Counted from the stretch's first letter, positions 8,988 to 20,044 are shown. The stretch is DNA of 64,000 nucleotides from Bdellovibrionales bacterium (GCA_965199825.1 OZ241329.1:1984001-2048000), one strand, 5' to 3'. Notes: generated by a model not told the origin, from the letters alone. Made by a program: numbers and translations.

Positions 8988-10874
8988 ATGAGCGACATCG
9001 ATGAGTCCACCTCAGGGTGGATGTGGTTTTTAATCGGACTTTTATTGGCCTTATTTATCGGAGGAGCCATTCGTGGCCTTCTCTCCCCACAAAAACTAAA
9101 TTTATTTATATCTAAAACGATCGAATCTGAAAGGCCGCCCTTTCAGATCACCTATGATTCGGTGGAGTTGAGTCTCCGCAACGGAATCATTCCGCGCTTT
9201 GGTCTGCTTATTAAAAATTTAAAAATAGCCGCGATCAATCCGTGTACCACCGCTTCGGATTTGGTAGCCAATGAGCTCTTTTTACCAGTGAGTGTGAGCG
9301 AGGCGCTTGGGGGGCGGGTATTCTTAAGGCGGGTGCTTGCCCGCGATGTCAGACTCAATCTCAAAAAAAGTGATTGCCCTAATCCCAATCGGGCTGAAAC
9401 TGCAGAATCTTTGATCGCCCTTTTGGGAAAATTTTTTGAAACACGCCTTCCTCAAGAATTGCTCAACACACGGGCCCACATCGAAGGGATCGAGCTCGAA
9501 AATTTTTTGATCACCCAAACCACTCCCGAAAATGGGTTGCTCGATTTTTCGCTATTATCTTTTGATGTGGGAAGCTCCACAAAAGCGGCAGTGGCATCGG
9601 GACGTGTGCGTGTGGGCCATGGTCTTTTTGAAACCTCGCTTCAGCCACTACTGTGGATCGACATCAGTGCCACTGCTCAACAGATTCGGCTCAAGGCAAA
9701 GGGGTTGTTTCGCGAAGGATTGATTTTGGCCGAAGCTGTTTTGCAGCTGCCTTCAACCGAGACCAAATGGAATATAAAAGTTAAACATTTGCCAATCAAA
9801 CCCGTGGTTGAGCATTTTAAAAAAGGTTTAGACATCACCGAGGCCTGGGGTTTTTGTAATCTTCAGGGTGAGAGTCGCTTTGGTAATATCTTAACCAGTA
9901 AAATTCTGATGAGTGGTTGCTACATGGAGGGCGATGCGGCCCAAGCCACAATGGCAAACACCTCGATCACATTTTTTCCCCAATTTCATTTTGAGCCTTT
10001 TCATGTGGATTTTAAGAATGCGGATGTGGCTTGGTTTAAAGAAAATAAAATTTATTTAAGTGGGATTGAGGTTGAAGCCAAGGGTGATTTTCATGGGCAG
10101 ATGGATATTGCAGAAGATCATCAGGAGGGCAAAGGGAGCATTGATGAAATCGAGGTTGCCTTTTGGCAAAGCAATCTTCGTCTCACCCAAACTCTTAAAA
10201 ATACCGAGTGGACTTATCAACGAAGTCCCAATGACCAAGAAAAACTGCGCCTCAACCATTTTAGCTCGAACAATACAGCCTGGATTGGTGCGGTCGATTT
10301 TTTAAAACAAAAAAATCTAACCGAAGTTCATGCCGAAATGAGTGAGATCAATTTGGATAAGCGATTGATAAGAAGTCTTTCGCCCATTGAAGCCGACTCG
10401 TTTAAGGTGAGTATGAATGGAAAAATGATCGATCAAAAATTTTTAGAACTCAACGGCGATATTTCGATTCCGAAGGGTAAAGCTTCATTGTTTAGTTTTG
10501 AAAACTTCGAAAGTTCGGTTCATTTTAAAGATCAACATTACTATGGAAGTTTTAAAACCGGTCCTGTCGAGGTGAAAGATGAAATTCAGCATCTTGAACA
10601 TCTCAAATTATTAAGCAGCAAAGGACAGTGGGACGTATTCGATCAAGGAATGTCTTGGGACAATGTCAAAAGTGTGGATTTCAATGGGATTCAATACGCA
10701 AGCCTTGGTCATTCCACCGAAAACCAAGTTTCGGGGCTTTTGCTAAAAAATGAGTCTGGAAAAATTTCGCGTTTTGATCTTTTAGGCAGTTTTCCAAAAG
10801 ATCTGCATTTGAGCGAAAATCCAGATCTCAAGCAAAAACAAACCGCAAAACTAATGCAGATTTTTAAAGAATAA
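8988..10874 (+). CDS. Membrane-anchored beta-rich hypothetical protein (possibly AsmA-like)
   Basis: Single N-terminal TM followed by a long amphipathic beta-strand pattern; family call is inference. Confidence 0.55.
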   Translation: MSDIDESTSGWMWFLIGLLLALFIGGAIRGLLSPQKLNLFISKTIESERPPFQITYDSVELSLRNGIIPRFGLLIKNLKIAAINPCTTASDLVANELFLPVSVSEALGGRVFLRRVLARDVRLNLKKSDCPNPNRAETAESLIALLGKFFETRLPQELLNTRAHIEGIELENFLITQTTPENGLLDFSLLSFDVGSSTKAAVASGRVRVGHGLFETSLQPLLWIDISATAQQIRLKAKGLFREGLILAEAVLQLPSTETKWNIKVKHLPIKPVVEHFKKGLDITEAWGFCNLQGESRFGNILTSKILMSGCYMEGDAAQATMANTSITFFPQFHFEPFHVDFKNADVAWFKENKIYLSGIEVEAKGDFHGQMDIAEDHQEGKGSIDEIEVAFWQSNLRLTQTLKNTEWTYQRSPNDQEKLRLNHFSSNNTAWIGAVDFLKQKNLTEVHAEMSEINLDKRLIRSLSPIEADSFKVSMNGKMIDQKFLELNGDISIPKGKASLFSFENFESSVHFKDQHYYGSFKTGPVEVKDEIQHLEHLKLLSSKGQWDVFDQGMSWDNVKSVDFNGIQYASLGHSTENQVSGLLLKNESGKISRFDLLGSFPKDLHLSENPDLKQKQTAKLMQIFKE

Positions 10875-11864
10875 TTCTTTATAAAGTTTGGCAAAAATTC
10901 GATCAAAGCTCATTTGAAAGAATTCGGCAAATTTATCTGAAAGTTTGGGCCGGTGATAAATTTTAATTTGGATTAAGTCGGCCACATCACGACGCGAAAA
11001 TAAAAACTCATCAGATGTGCTAATCTCATCAACCAATTTGTGTTTAAGGGCTTGCTCTCCATACCAATATTCACCCGTTGCCACATCGGCCATGTTGAGC
11101 TGGGGCCGGTAGCGAAGAATAAAATCTTTGAACAATTGGTGGGTGTGTTCGAGTTGCTCAACAAATTTACTGCGACCCTTTTCGGTAATTTCGCCAAATA
11201 AACTGACCGTTCGTTTATATTCACCCGCAGTCATCTCTTGATAATCAATGTCATTCTTTTTTAACAGCCGATGAATATTTGGAACCTGTGCCACCACCCC
11301 CACCGAGCCTAAGATCGCAAAAGGTGCCGCAATAATTTTTGTTCCGCAAACCGCCATCATATAGCCGCCGCTTGCCGCAACTTTATCCACCGCAATTGTG
11401 AGATGAAGCCCAAAGGTTCTGATGCGGTTCAGTTGAGCCGCCGCAAATCCGTAGGAGTGAACCATTCCACCTGGGCTTTCGAGTCGAACTAACACCTCAT
11501 CACTTTTGGGATCAGCCACAGTTAAGAGTGCTGAAATTTCTCGGCGCAAATTTTCAACCGCACTGGCTTTAACATCGCCATCAAAATCCAAAATAAAAAT
11601 GCGTTTGTCAGGCTTATCTTTTTGGCGCAATTTTTCGCGCTTTTTTTCGGCCTTAAATAGGGCTTTTGTTTCTTTGGGTGGAAGCAGATGGCGTTTGAGC
11701 GAGAGCTCAAGATCACGAAATTGGTCATTTAAATTATCGATTTCGAATTCAGGACTAATATCACGGACTCGCGAGACGATCATCATCACCAGCACAATTG
11801 CGGCAACAACCAGCCCCACCAAAAAAAGTGCCTTGCTCGCAAATAAGAACAGTTCAATCCACAT
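10851..11864 (-). CDS. sohB: S49 peptidase SohB
   Basis: LESPGGMVH.YG.AA, DKVAASGGYMMA, GSVGV, TAGEYKRT and VATGE.W.G; AGGAG RBS before ATG 11864. Confidence 0.93.
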   Translation of the reverse strand: MWIELFLFASKALFLVGLVVAAIVLVMMIVSRVRDISPEFEIDNLNDQFRDLELSLKRHLLPPKETKALFKAEKKREKLRQKDKPDKRIFILDFDGDVKASAVENLRREISALLTVADPKSDEVLVRLESPGGMVHSYGFAAAQLNRIRTFGLHLTIAVDKVAASGGYMMAVCGTKIIAAPFAILGSVGVVAQVPNIHRLLKKNDIDYQEMTAGEYKRTVSLFGEITEKGRSKFVEQLEHTHQLFKDFILRYRPQLNMADVATGEYWYGEQALKHKLVDEISTSDEFLFSRRDVADLIQIKIYHRPKLSDKFAEFFQMSFDRIFAKLYKELFFKNLH

Positions 11865-11923
11865 CCAGCACTCCTGACAAAAAATTATAGAATTGAATTG
11901 ATTTTTCAAGCATCCTAAAACCA

Positions 11924-12346
11924 ATGGCAACTAAAATTGTACTTCTGCTAGCCTTAAGTTTTTCTTACGCTCAAGATGAGGATCAACAATTTCGCAATCG
12001 TCGCGAATATCTTAAAAGCCGTTACGAAGACTTCTTTATCTTTTATGATTTTTTAGATCATTTTGAAAAATCAAAAAATGTGGGAAGACTTGAACTTCAA
12101 GGGGCTCGCCAAAAAACCGAAATTCAAAAAGAGACCGCGCGCAAAGAATATTTAAAAACCCGAAAACTTCCCGGGCCCTACACCTTATTTGATCAATCTA
12201 CCGAAACAAAAGAAGCGTTAAATAAAAAAGAACAGGCAAGAACCGAATTTATCAATCATCGTGCAGCCCTTAAACGACTTGAGCGAGCAGCACGCAAAGT
12301 TCCTGAAGAAGTGGAGTCCGGGTTAGTTGATCCCATTAATGATTAA
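11924..12346 (+). CDS. Secreted helical hypothetical protein
   Basis: Signal peptide ending SYA-Q; charged coiled-coil body. Confidence 0.65.
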   Translation: MATKIVLLLALSFSYAQDEDQQFRNRREYLKSRYEDFFIFYDFLDHFEKSKNVGRLELQGARQKTEIQKETARKEYLKTRKLPGPYTLFDQSTETKEALNKKEQARTEFINHRAALKRLERAARKVPEEVESGLVDPIND

Positions 12347-13041
12347 GTTTCAATCATGCAGTCATTCATCTGAAGGCCTGTGAGTTTTTTTATTCCGTTA
12401 AACAAATGCCAAAACACCAAGCCCGAAAATAAAAAGAGCGGAATCAAAATGACCCCAAAACTCACCATCGTCATATGTGAGATTTGCTCATTTAAAATCC
12501 GCGAGCGATCAACCGTATCGAGAGTTTGATCGATGGGTAAAAAAATTCGACTGGCCACCAGAAAGTTGAGAACAGCACTGATAAACAGGGAGACCGAAAA
12601 AAATTGGGTCGAAATCTTTAGGTGATTTTTATAAGCCTCTTGAAGTTCGGTGGTGTTGAGATGGGAATCAATTTTTTGTTGATTCAAAATCTGCTCGGTC
12701 ATGACCGCCATAAATGGTGTTTTTGTAAATGAGGATATAAAAATTCCCACACCCAGGAGTGCGGGAAAGGCTCCATCTTTGATCGCAAACCATTGTCCCT
12801 CAAAATGTCCCAGTGCCAAAACACCAGTAAGTAAAATATTTATTAATCCAATCAGACTGATCCAATTTTTTTTTCGTCGCACACTGTAGTCATAAGCGGC
12901 GTAGATCACAGGTAAGCTCAAAGCCACGAGAAGCGCTACCAAAGTGGCATTGGGGAAGTGGAGCTGGCTTCCACGCCGTAAAATAAAAGCGGGTAAAAAA
13001 ATATTAACTACGATATTAAGCAGAGGATTTTCACGTTTCAT
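12343..13041 (-). CDS. Polytopic membrane protein (IspA/VC0807-like)
   Basis: About 6 TM segments; NPLLNI..NI.LP and WFAIK..P pattern. Confidence 0.6.
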   Translation of the reverse strand: MKRENPLLNIVVNIFLPAFILRRGSQLHFPNATLVALLVALSLPVIYAAYDYSVRRKKNWISLIGLINILLTGVLALGHFEGQWFAIKDGAFPALLGVGIFISSFTKTPFMAVMTEQILNQQKIDSHLNTTELQEAYKNHLKISTQFFSVSLFISAVLNFLVASRIFLPIDQTLDTVDRSRILNEQISHMTMVSFGVILIPLFLFSGLVFWHLFNGIKKLTGLQMNDCMIET

Positions 13042-13161
13042 AGCGGCGAAGGTCGTGGATGAGTGAACCTGTTGTCAATAGGTTATGCGGCAAATGAACT
13101 AAACCGAATTTATTCATTGCGCAAAATTCAGTTTCTGGCGAAAATAAATCAGGAGTGTCAA

Positions 13162-13686
13162 ATGACTTTAAAATCAAAATTACTTTTCTTTTTCTTCACA
13201 TTGATCTCAAGCTCTACGTGGGCCGTCTCTTCGACAAATTTGGGTGAAGTGTCTGCACTCCTACAGAACAAGACTTTGATCGTGATGCGCGAATGCAGTG
13301 TCAAAGTGGTTTTTGATCCAGCGACCAACAAGCTGAACGCCCACATCACACGGCTCCAGCCCAAAAAAGATCAGCCCGCCACACTCGAGGTGGAGTTGAT
13401 TGGGACCGAAGACATTCTTCAAACTCCTCTCAATGACGTGACACCCGATCACACTTTTAACGGAGTGGAATACTCACAAGTAAAAAATCAAAAGATTCAA
13501 TCGATGCAAGTTGGAATTTTTCAGATGCCTCAAGATGGCAAAACTAAAACAGTAGTTAATTTTTTGGTGATTAAGACCGGTGAGGTAAAGGGACAGAGTG
13601 TTCTTCATGAGCAGGTGATCTCGTGTGCCCTTCCAACCGTTTCACACTCGACACTTAAAGACCGACTTCATTTGCAGGGTCATTAG
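13162..13686 (+). CDS. Secreted hypothetical protein
   Basis: AGGAG RBS; signal peptide ending TWA; two Cys, possibly a disulfide. Confidence 0.7.
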   Translation: MTLKSKLLFFFFTLISSSTWAVSSTNLGEVSALLQNKTLIVMRECSVKVVFDPATNKLNAHITRLQPKKDQPATLEVELIGTEDILQTPLNDVTPDHTFNGVEYSQVKNQKIQSMQVGIFQMPQDGKTKTVVNFLVIKTGEVKGQSVLHEQVISCALPTVSHSTLKDRLHLQGH

Positions 13687-13707
13687 ATTCAGTGTTAAGT
13701 TCGGGCC

Positions 13708-14520
13708 ATGCCCGAACTCCCAGAAGTCGAAACAATTCGCCAGCATTTAAGTCAAAACCTAAAAGATCAGCCCCAAATCAAAGCTCTTTATTTTTATCGC
13801 AAAAATTTGCGCTCGGCTTTACCGCTCAAGCTTAAACTCAATGATCAGCATTTTTTAAGTGTCAATCGTCGGGCAAAATTTCTTTTTTTTGAAACCGAAA
13901 AATTAATTTTGATTAGTCATCTTGGAATGTCTGGCTATTGGCGTTTTGAAAAACAATTCGAAAAACGAAAGCATGATCATATCGCCTTTGAATTGAGCGA
14001 TGGTCGCTTTTTAATTTATCATGATCCACGCCGGTTTGGTTTGTTCGAGCAAAGCTTAAAAGGTGAAGAGCACAACAATCGCTGGATCAAAAATTTAGGG
14101 GTTGAACCCTTAAGTTCGGATTGGACGGGTGAGCACCTTTTTAAAAAATCACGCGGCAAAAAAGTGGCGATCAAAACTTTTCTACTCAACCAGCAGGTGG
14201 TGTCGGGGCTTGGAAATATCTATGTGTGCGAAGCCCTTTTTATGGCCCAAATCAAGCCCACAAAAAATGTTTCAAGGCTCACGCGGGCCGAAGCCGAGCG
14301 CATCGTCACAAGTGCGAAACAGGTCTTAAAAGAGGCAATCACCTTAGGAGGTACAACTCTCAAGGATTACTTAAGGCCGGATGGCGAAAAGGGCGAGTTC
14401 AAAAACCGATTGCGGGTGTACGGAAGAGAGGGCTCACCGTGCTTAAAGTGCGAATCCTTAATTTTGCGAAAAACCCAAGCGGCGAGAAGCACCTTTTATT
14501 GTAAGCGCTGCCAAACATGA
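13708..14520 (+). CDS. mutM: Formamidopyrimidine-DNA glycosylase
   Basis: MPELPEVE, HLGMSG, DPRRFG, GLGNIYV.EALF and C-terminal C4 zinc finger. Confidence 0.97.
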   Translation: MPELPEVETIRQHLSQNLKDQPQIKALYFYRKNLRSALPLKLKLNDQHFLSVNRRAKFLFFETEKLILISHLGMSGYWRFEKQFEKRKHDHIAFELSDGRFLIYHDPRRFGLFEQSLKGEEHNNRWIKNLGVEPLSSDWTGEHLFKKSRGKKVAIKTFLLNQQVVSGLGNIYVCEALFMAQIKPTKNVSRLTRAEAERIVTSAKQVLKEAITLGGTTLKDYLRPDGEKGEFKNRLRVYGREGSPCLKCESLILRKTQAARSTFYCKRCQT

Positions 14521-15641
14521 TTTTGATCGGCTACCTCACCCTTTTTATTTTTGGACTTCTCGATAATTTGCGTGCGCCTGAATTTTTGACTTTGGTGCAT
14601 GATCTGAATCTCTCCCAATTTGAAGGCTCACTTTTTTTTGCTAGCACCTCGATATTTTGTTTTGTGATGGGACTCTTTATGAGTCGTCTGGTTCGCCGTT
14701 TTGGAACTCTTAAAGTGGTGAGCGTTGGACTGAGCTTCATTGGATGCTCGTATTTTGGACTCAGTTTTGCCCACAATTTATTTGAGATGATGTGTGGTGC
14801 TTCGGTGTTTGGGTTAGGATTTGGGATTTTAATCATTGGCCAAAATCTTTTAATTCTTGAGGCGGGTGAGACCCATCATCACCGCAGGCTCTTATCGGGG
14901 CTTCATAGCATGTATGCCCTTTCGGCGATTTGTGCCCCTCTCGTGGCTCAAGCCTTTTCTTTTTTAAGTTGGCGAGAAATTTTTAGGGGTGTGAGTTTTT
15001 TGCCTCTGATCTTAAGCGGCTTTATTTTTTTAAAAAAACCGCATTTACCAAAATTACGTCTTGAACAATCGGTACTGCGGCTTCCTTCGCATCGCTATTT
15101 TATCATTCTTATGGTTTCGGCCTATCAAATTGCTGAGGTTTCATTGACCACTCGACTTGCCAGTTTTTTTGAGATTCAAGTGGGTTGGAGTCTTGGTTAT
15201 TCGCGCCTATGTTTGTTTTTATTTTTTGTGGTGCTCTTTATCGGCCGGTTGCTTTTAACTCTAAAAAGTAAGTGGCAAGTTCACCAAATATTTTTTGTTT
15301 GTGGTTTTTTGAGTTTTTTAAGCTCAGGGTTTGCTCTTTATATTTCGCCCTATTTTTTTATTTTATGCGGGCTGACGATGGCCGCACTCTTTCCATTGGC
15401 CTTTGAGTGGATTGGATCCCTCTATCCTCAAGAACAAGACCGCCTGATCTCTCAGGCGCTCTCGTGGGGGGCATTGAGTATTGTGGGAATGCAGCTCTTG
15501 ATTGGTTTTTTGACCGACCATTTTTCGCTTCAAACCGCGCTGCTCGTTTGCCCCATAGGATTTTTAATTGCGACGTGTGCAGCCTTAAAAGTATACGCCG
15601 ACACGAAGACCATACTTAAGGGGCAGGCCATCGCGATTTGA
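14517..15641 (+). CDS. MFS transporter
   Basis: About 12 TM segments with motif-A-like SRLVRRFG.K. Confidence 0.8.
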   Translation: MILIGYLTLFIFGLLDNLRAPEFLTLVHDLNLSQFEGSLFFASTSIFCFVMGLFMSRLVRRFGTLKVVSVGLSFIGCSYFGLSFAHNLFEMMCGASVFGLGFGILIIGQNLLILEAGETHHHRRLLSGLHSMYALSAICAPLVAQAFSFLSWREIFRGVSFLPLILSGFIFLKKPHLPKLRLEQSVLRLPSHRYFIILMVSAYQIAEVSLTTRLASFFEIQVGWSLGYSRLCLFLFFVVLFIGRLLLTLKSKWQVHQIFFVCGFLSFLSSGFALYISPYFFILCGLTMAALFPLAFEWIGSLYPQEQDRLISQALSWGALSIVGMQLLIGFLTDHFSLQTALLVCPIGFLIATCAALKVYADTKTILKGQAIAI

Positions 15642-16442
15642 GTTTAAGAGGGAGGCGACATGGAACAAAACTTCCATATTGACCTTTGAAGTTCGAAAGA
15701 ACTGATAACCCGCTCCAACTCCCGCCGCAAATCCATGAACCGATTCGACATGCGAAAAAATATTATCATCTTTATTGCGGATACTTGCCCCGCCGTAACC
15801 GAGATCAGCCGTAATCAGAGGCGACTGATCGCGATCACTAAAATAGTAATTCGCACCTAAACCCACATAGCCAAAACGATCGCTCGTTTGATCATAAAAA
15901 ACTTTGATTGCGCTATGAGGATCAATTTCAAAAAAGTATCCCAGTGCAAAATTAAAAAAGGTGTTTTGATCGCCCACGTTCACCCCGCCCGCAGGTCCAA
16001 AACCGATATACCAACGATTGATGGTTCCCCGTCGTCTTAGGCTTCCGGTAACTTCGTTTTCGGTCACGCTATCGACCTTACCGTTTTTGTTTACGGCCAC
16101 TTCGTCGATTGCTGATTCCACAACCCGAGTCACCACATTGTCGATTTCGTCAAACCGTTGAGCCTTCATTTGGGAAGAAAAAATAGATTCGTCATTTTTG
16201 TATTTTTCGACGGTAAAAATATAGGCAGAACCCAATTTGACAAGTCTTGGATTTAAAACAAATTGGCCATTTTTCCCTACCACGGAATGGTGTCCAGCAC
16301 CTGTAACCGCACTCGACATCAACTCTTGAACGGTATTCGATTCTTCCGTGGTGGTGCCCACCGATTTCAGTTCACCAATGGTAAACGTCGAGGCCACTGC
16401 GAAATGCAATGTCAGTTGTAAAAAAAAATTGAGTACAATCAT
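15585..16442 (-). CDS. Probable outer-membrane beta-barrel protein with an N-terminal soluble domain
   Basis: Signal peptide; C-terminal half has alternating aromatic/Gly strands and ends RVGVYF (BAM-type C-terminal Phe). Confidence 0.6.
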   Translation of the reverse strand: MIVLNFFLQLTLHFAVASTFTIGELKSVGTTTEESNTVQELMSSAVTGAGHHSVVGKNGQFVLNPRLVKLGSAYIFTVEKYKNDESIFSSQMKAQRFDEIDNVVTRVVESAIDEVAVNKNGKVDSVTENEVTGSLRRRGTINRWYIGFGPAGGVNVGDQNTFFNFALGYFFEIDPHSAIKVFYDQTSDRFGYVGLGANYYFSDRDQSPLITADLGYGGASIRNKDDNIFSHVESVHGFAAGVGAGYQFFRTSKVNMEVLFHVASLLNSNRDGLPLKYGLRVGVYF

Positions 16443-17134
16443 TCAGATCTCCCTTGAATAGGCCTTAAGCCTTCAACTAAAAATTGTTTATTCCAATACT
16501 TAAAATCGATTTCCCAATTATCTAAACTTAAGGTGTGCACGCGCTCAGGCCTATCTTTATAAACAAGCGGTCGCGGATCAAGTTCTAAACATTCACGAAT
16601 CATTTCTTTGAAATGATTTTTTAAATTATTTTTATTAAATTCATTTTCGAAATTTTGGCTGAAGGAGACCGGAATCACCTCGAGTGAGCAGTTTTCGAGC
16701 CAGCCTCGCTGGGCGTCGGGATAGGAATCATAGTCGCGCACGTAGGGCTTCACATCTAAAACGGGTGTTTGATCAACAAGATCGACACCTCTTAAGTACA
16801 ACCGATCTTTTTCGACCTTAATCAATTCCGAACATGTGAGCCCAATCGGATTGGGGCGATGGGGCGAACGGGTGGCAAGCACACCCATTTTTTTGCCCCC
16901 CAGTCGCGGTGGGTGAACCTTTCCTGGCGAGACCTTGTTTCTGTTGCGATGAAACACAAAGATCAGCCAAACGTGCGAAAAGCCCTCAAGCCCTTCGGTG
17001 ATATTTTTGAGTGAATAGGGTTTTAAGATTTCAAGGACAGCCTCATTCGAGGTGGCATAGCGACCTTGACGGGGAATTCCAAACAGATGCTTGTAAGAGG
17101 AGTGAATAAGTCCAATCGGTTCAAAATTCGCCAT
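16439..17134 (-). CDS. trmO: tRNA (m6t6A37) methyltransferase TrmO/TsaA
   Basis: GLEGFSHVWLIF.FH, PPRLGG..MGV.ATRSPHRPNPIGL and TPVLDVKPY. Confidence 0.92.
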   Translation of the reverse strand: MANFEPIGLIHSSYKHLFGIPRQGRYATSNEAVLEILKPYSLKNITEGLEGFSHVWLIFVFHRNRNKVSPGKVHPPRLGGKKMGVLATRSPHRPNPIGLTCSELIKVEKDRLYLRGVDLVDQTPVLDVKPYVRDYDSYPDAQRGWLENCSLEVIPVSFSQNFENEFNKNNLKNHFKEMIRECLELDPRPLVYKDRPERVHTLSLDNWEIDFKYWNKQFLVEGLRPIQGRSE

Positions 17135-17200
17135 TTTGACGTTTTGCGAAAAATCTCGTATCAGTGTCAATCCAATAATGATTTTTAAGAAAGTAATCCT

Positions 17201-18262
17201 ATGATCCAACTTTTGTTTTTATTTGCCCTCGCGAGCGAACACGCTCAGGTGCATGTTCATTTCGATCGCGGTGAGGTCAGTATTGTGAGCAAGGAATTTT
17301 CTTTGCCAAAAAAAATCCAGCGCCAAATCGAAGATCGTTTGCTGATGGACTTTGCGGCTCGCGGTTTAAAAAAGACCGATATTGTTTTGGAAGGCCAAGC
17401 GGTCGATGCGGTAGCAAAAGACTTTCGTGAAAATAAGGGATCTGCCAAAGAGTCGCTCTATTCTCTTTTGCGTTTGCAGATTCAAAACAATCAGGGCCTC
17501 AGTGTGACTGGCGAAAATGCCCGAGTCTTTTTTGGGGGTCACCTTGTAGTCGGGCCCGGAGAAAAGCTTTCGCATGTATTGGTGATTGGTGGTGAAGCCG
17601 AAATTTTTGGCAATGTCGACCGTCTCGTTCAATTGGGAGGATCGGTTCATATTCATCCCGGAGCCCAGATCTCGTCTCAGATTGTTCACCTCAACGGAAC
17701 TCTTGAGGTCGAGCCGGGGAGTCACATCAGCAATCCCCCTTTTAGTTTTAAAGATATTTTAAATTTTTCGATTCTGGATCATCTCAATTCGGCATGGCTT
17801 CCCCAGCCCTTTTTATTTTCGGGCTCGGTCTATTGGATCTATAAAATTTTACTTTGGGTTTTTATTACGATCATCGGCACTCTTACCGCAAATATGTTTC
17901 CAAAATATCACCTTCGGGTGCAGCGGGGGTTGATCGATCGAGCAGTAGGTAACTTTGTTTACTTCTTTATCGCCCAAATCATTTTGATTGTTTGTGGATT
18001 TTTGTTTTTAATCTCAGTGGTAGGGATTCCGCTGATCCCTTTGTTATTTGGATTTTATTATTTGTGCTACTGGCTAGCCCAAGCCGAGCTGGCTTGTAAA
18101 ATCGGTCGCTTGTTACGCGTGCCGTCGGTGGGGTTGAGTATACTTGTCGGATTGATACTCTTACATTTAACAGCCGAGCTGCCATTGATGTCGGTGGTGT
18201 TTTGGATTTTGGTGATGATCAGCTTTGGCTCGGTTTACCGTGAGATGGGATTTAAAACTTAA
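17201..18262 (+). CDS. Membrane protein with a beta-helix (polymer-forming-cytoskeletal-like) domain and C-terminal TMs
   Basis: Repeats VFFGGHLVV, VLVIGGEAEI, LVQLGGSVHI and IVHLNGTLEV, then about 5 TM helices. Confidence 0.6.
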   Translation: MIQLLFLFALASEHAQVHVHFDRGEVSIVSKEFSLPKKIQRQIEDRLLMDFAARGLKKTDIVLEGQAVDAVAKDFRENKGSAKESLYSLLRLQIQNNQGLSVTGENARVFFGGHLVVGPGEKLSHVLVIGGEAEIFGNVDRLVQLGGSVHIHPGAQISSQIVHLNGTLEVEPGSHISNPPFSFKDILNFSILDHLNSAWLPQPFLFSGSVYWIYKILLWVFITIIGTLTANMFPKYHLRVQRGLIDRAVGNFVYFFIAQIILIVCGFLFLISVVGIPLIPLLFGFYYLCYWLAQAELACKIGRLLRVPSVGLSILVGLILLHLTAELPLMSVVFWILVMISFGSVYREMGFKT

Positions 18263-18274
18263 AAAGTAGGTTTG

Positions 18275-19828
18275 ATGAGTGATTTTTTTCAGCAAGGGCC
18301 GGTCCTAAAAAATACATTTTTAAACGACACTTTTTTTATTCGTCTGCTCAAACAGTTTTTACCACAAGATCTTTACCAAGAAATATTTAAAGATCTCGAA
18401 AATCTTGGGGCTTTGGCTTCGGGTCCGCTCCTCAGGTTAGCTCAAGGAGCAGAACTCCATCCCCCCGAACATATTCCATTTGATGCTTTTGGCAATCGGA
18501 TCGATCAGATCTGGTGCACACCAGAATGGGAAGAATTAAAAAAAATAGCGAGCGAGCAGCAGCTGATCCGAATTGCTTATCAGCGTAAACAAAAAGAGTT
18601 TTCTCGACTTTACCAGTTTGCCAAACTTTATTTGTTTCATCCGTCTTCGGCCTTTTTCAGTTGTCCCTTGGCAATGACCGATGGTGCAGCTCGTGTGCTA
18701 GAGCTTCATAAAAATCAAGAGTGGGCGAGCCAAGCGTTTGAGCATCTGACCTCTGATTCTCTCAACCAGTTTTGGATCTCAGGGCAATGGATGACCGAAA
18801 AATCGGGAGGCTCCGATGTCAGTCAGACCGAGACCGAGGCGACACCCTCCGGAGATCACTTTTTGCTCAATGGAACAAAATGGTTTACCTCAGCAATCAC
18901 TTCCGAAATGGCATTAGGGCTTGCACGAATCAAAAACTCAAAAACTCTCAGCCTATTTTATATTCCGGTCCGTCTTAACGGATCACTTAATGGCATCGAG
19001 GTTTTAAGACTTAAAAATAAGATGGGAACTCGAGCACTTCCCACAGCAGAATTAAAATTAAAAGATACAAAGGCTTTTTTGATTTCAGAACAAGGAATCA
19101 AAGCGGTCTCAGCGATGCTCAATATCACTCGTCTTCACAATGCGATCTGTTCGGTGGCCCAAATGAGTCGGGGCCTACAGCTCGCACTCAATTATTCAGA
19201 ACAGCGTTTTGCGTTTGGAAAAAAGATTATCGCCCATGCTCTTCATCAAAAAACGCTGTTTGAGTGTTTGATCGAACGGAACAAATGCCTTTATCTTACC
19301 TTAGAAATGGCAAGGCTTTTGGGGCTTGATGAAACCAATTTGGCAACCGAGGAGGATCAATATCTTTTGCGACTTCTAACCCCAATTGCAAAACTGTATA
19401 CCGCAAAAAAAGCGGTCTCGGTCACCGCAGAGGTGCTCGAAACTTTTGGTGGAATTGGTTATATCGAAAATTCTCAAATTCCTGTGTTGATGCGTGACGC
19501 CCATGTTTTTCCTTTGTGGGAAGGAACCACAAACGTGTTGAGTCTTGATGTGTTACGCGTGAAAGATAAATTAGGACTTGATCTGTTGTTTAAATATTTA
19601 AAAGTGAAAGCGGCGCCTGAACTTCATCAAAAGCTTGATCAATTTTGTGCGAGCGCTGCAAGGTCGACGGCAGAGCAAGCTCGCGATCTTGCCTTTGCCA
19701 TTGGAGATTGGTTTTGTAGTTTGGGTATTTTTGAAGTTTCAAGTTTAACCGAACAAAAATTTTTGCTCGAAAATCTACCCATAGATTTAAGGCCAGCAAT
19801 TCATTTCGAAAGCCAGCTCCAGCTTTGA
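18275..19828 (+). CDS. Acyl-CoA dehydrogenase, AidB-like
   Basis: [49 protein letters not shown] and [12 protein letters not shown]. Confidence 0.9.
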   Translation: MSDFFQQGPVLKNTFLNDTFFIRLLKQFLPQDLYQEIFKDLENLGALASGPLLRLAQGAELHPPEHIPFDAFGNRIDQIWCTPEWEELKKIASEQQLIRIAYQRKQKEFSRLYQFAKLYLFHPSSAFFSCPLAMTDGAARVLELHKNQEWASQAFEHLTSDSLNQFWISGQWMTEKSGGSDVSQTETEATPSGDHFLLNGTKWFTSAITSEMALGLARIKNSKTLSLFYIPVRLNGSLNGIEVLRLKNKMGTRALPTAELKLKDTKAFLISEQGIKAVSAMLNITRLHNAICSVAQMSRGLQLALNYSEQRFAFGKKIIAHALHQKTLFECLIERNKCLYLTLEMARLLGLDETNLATEEDQYLLRLLTPIAKLYTAKKAVSVTAEVLETFGGIGYIENSQIPVLMRDAHVFPLWEGTTNVLSLDVLRVKDKLGLDLLFKYLKVKAAPELHQKLDQFCASAARSTAEQARDLAFAIGDWFCSLGIFEVSSLTEQKFLLENLPIDLRPAIHFESQLQL

Positions 19829-19846
19829 CACCGTGAGCGTCAAAAT

Positions 19847-20044
19847 TTAGTGCATGCGATGATCGCGGACCCGCGCTAAGAGCTCACACTTTTCGCATGT
19901 GGCTTCTTCGCGCAAAGTAAATTCGGCAAGGTAAGTTTCCACAGTGATTTTAAGTTCATCGTTGCACAGTGGGCAGTGATTTTGAACTTCAACAAAGGCC
20001 TGATGTTTTTTTGATCTTCTTGTTTCTAACTTTTGATTTTTCAT
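19847..20044 (-). CDS. Small CxxC-CxxC zinc-ribbon-like protein
   Basis: HCPLC...CEKC, 65 aa; AAGGGG RBS before ATG 20044. Confidence 0.7.
   Translation of the reverse strand: MKNQKLETRRSKKHQAFVEVQNHCPLCNDELKITVETYLAEFTLREEATCEKCELLARVRDHRMH

Noticed and set aside
19847..20044. Zinc ribbon as a TnpB/transposase remnant
   Set aside because: It has its own RBS and an intact small ORF, with no RuvC motifs or IS ends nearby
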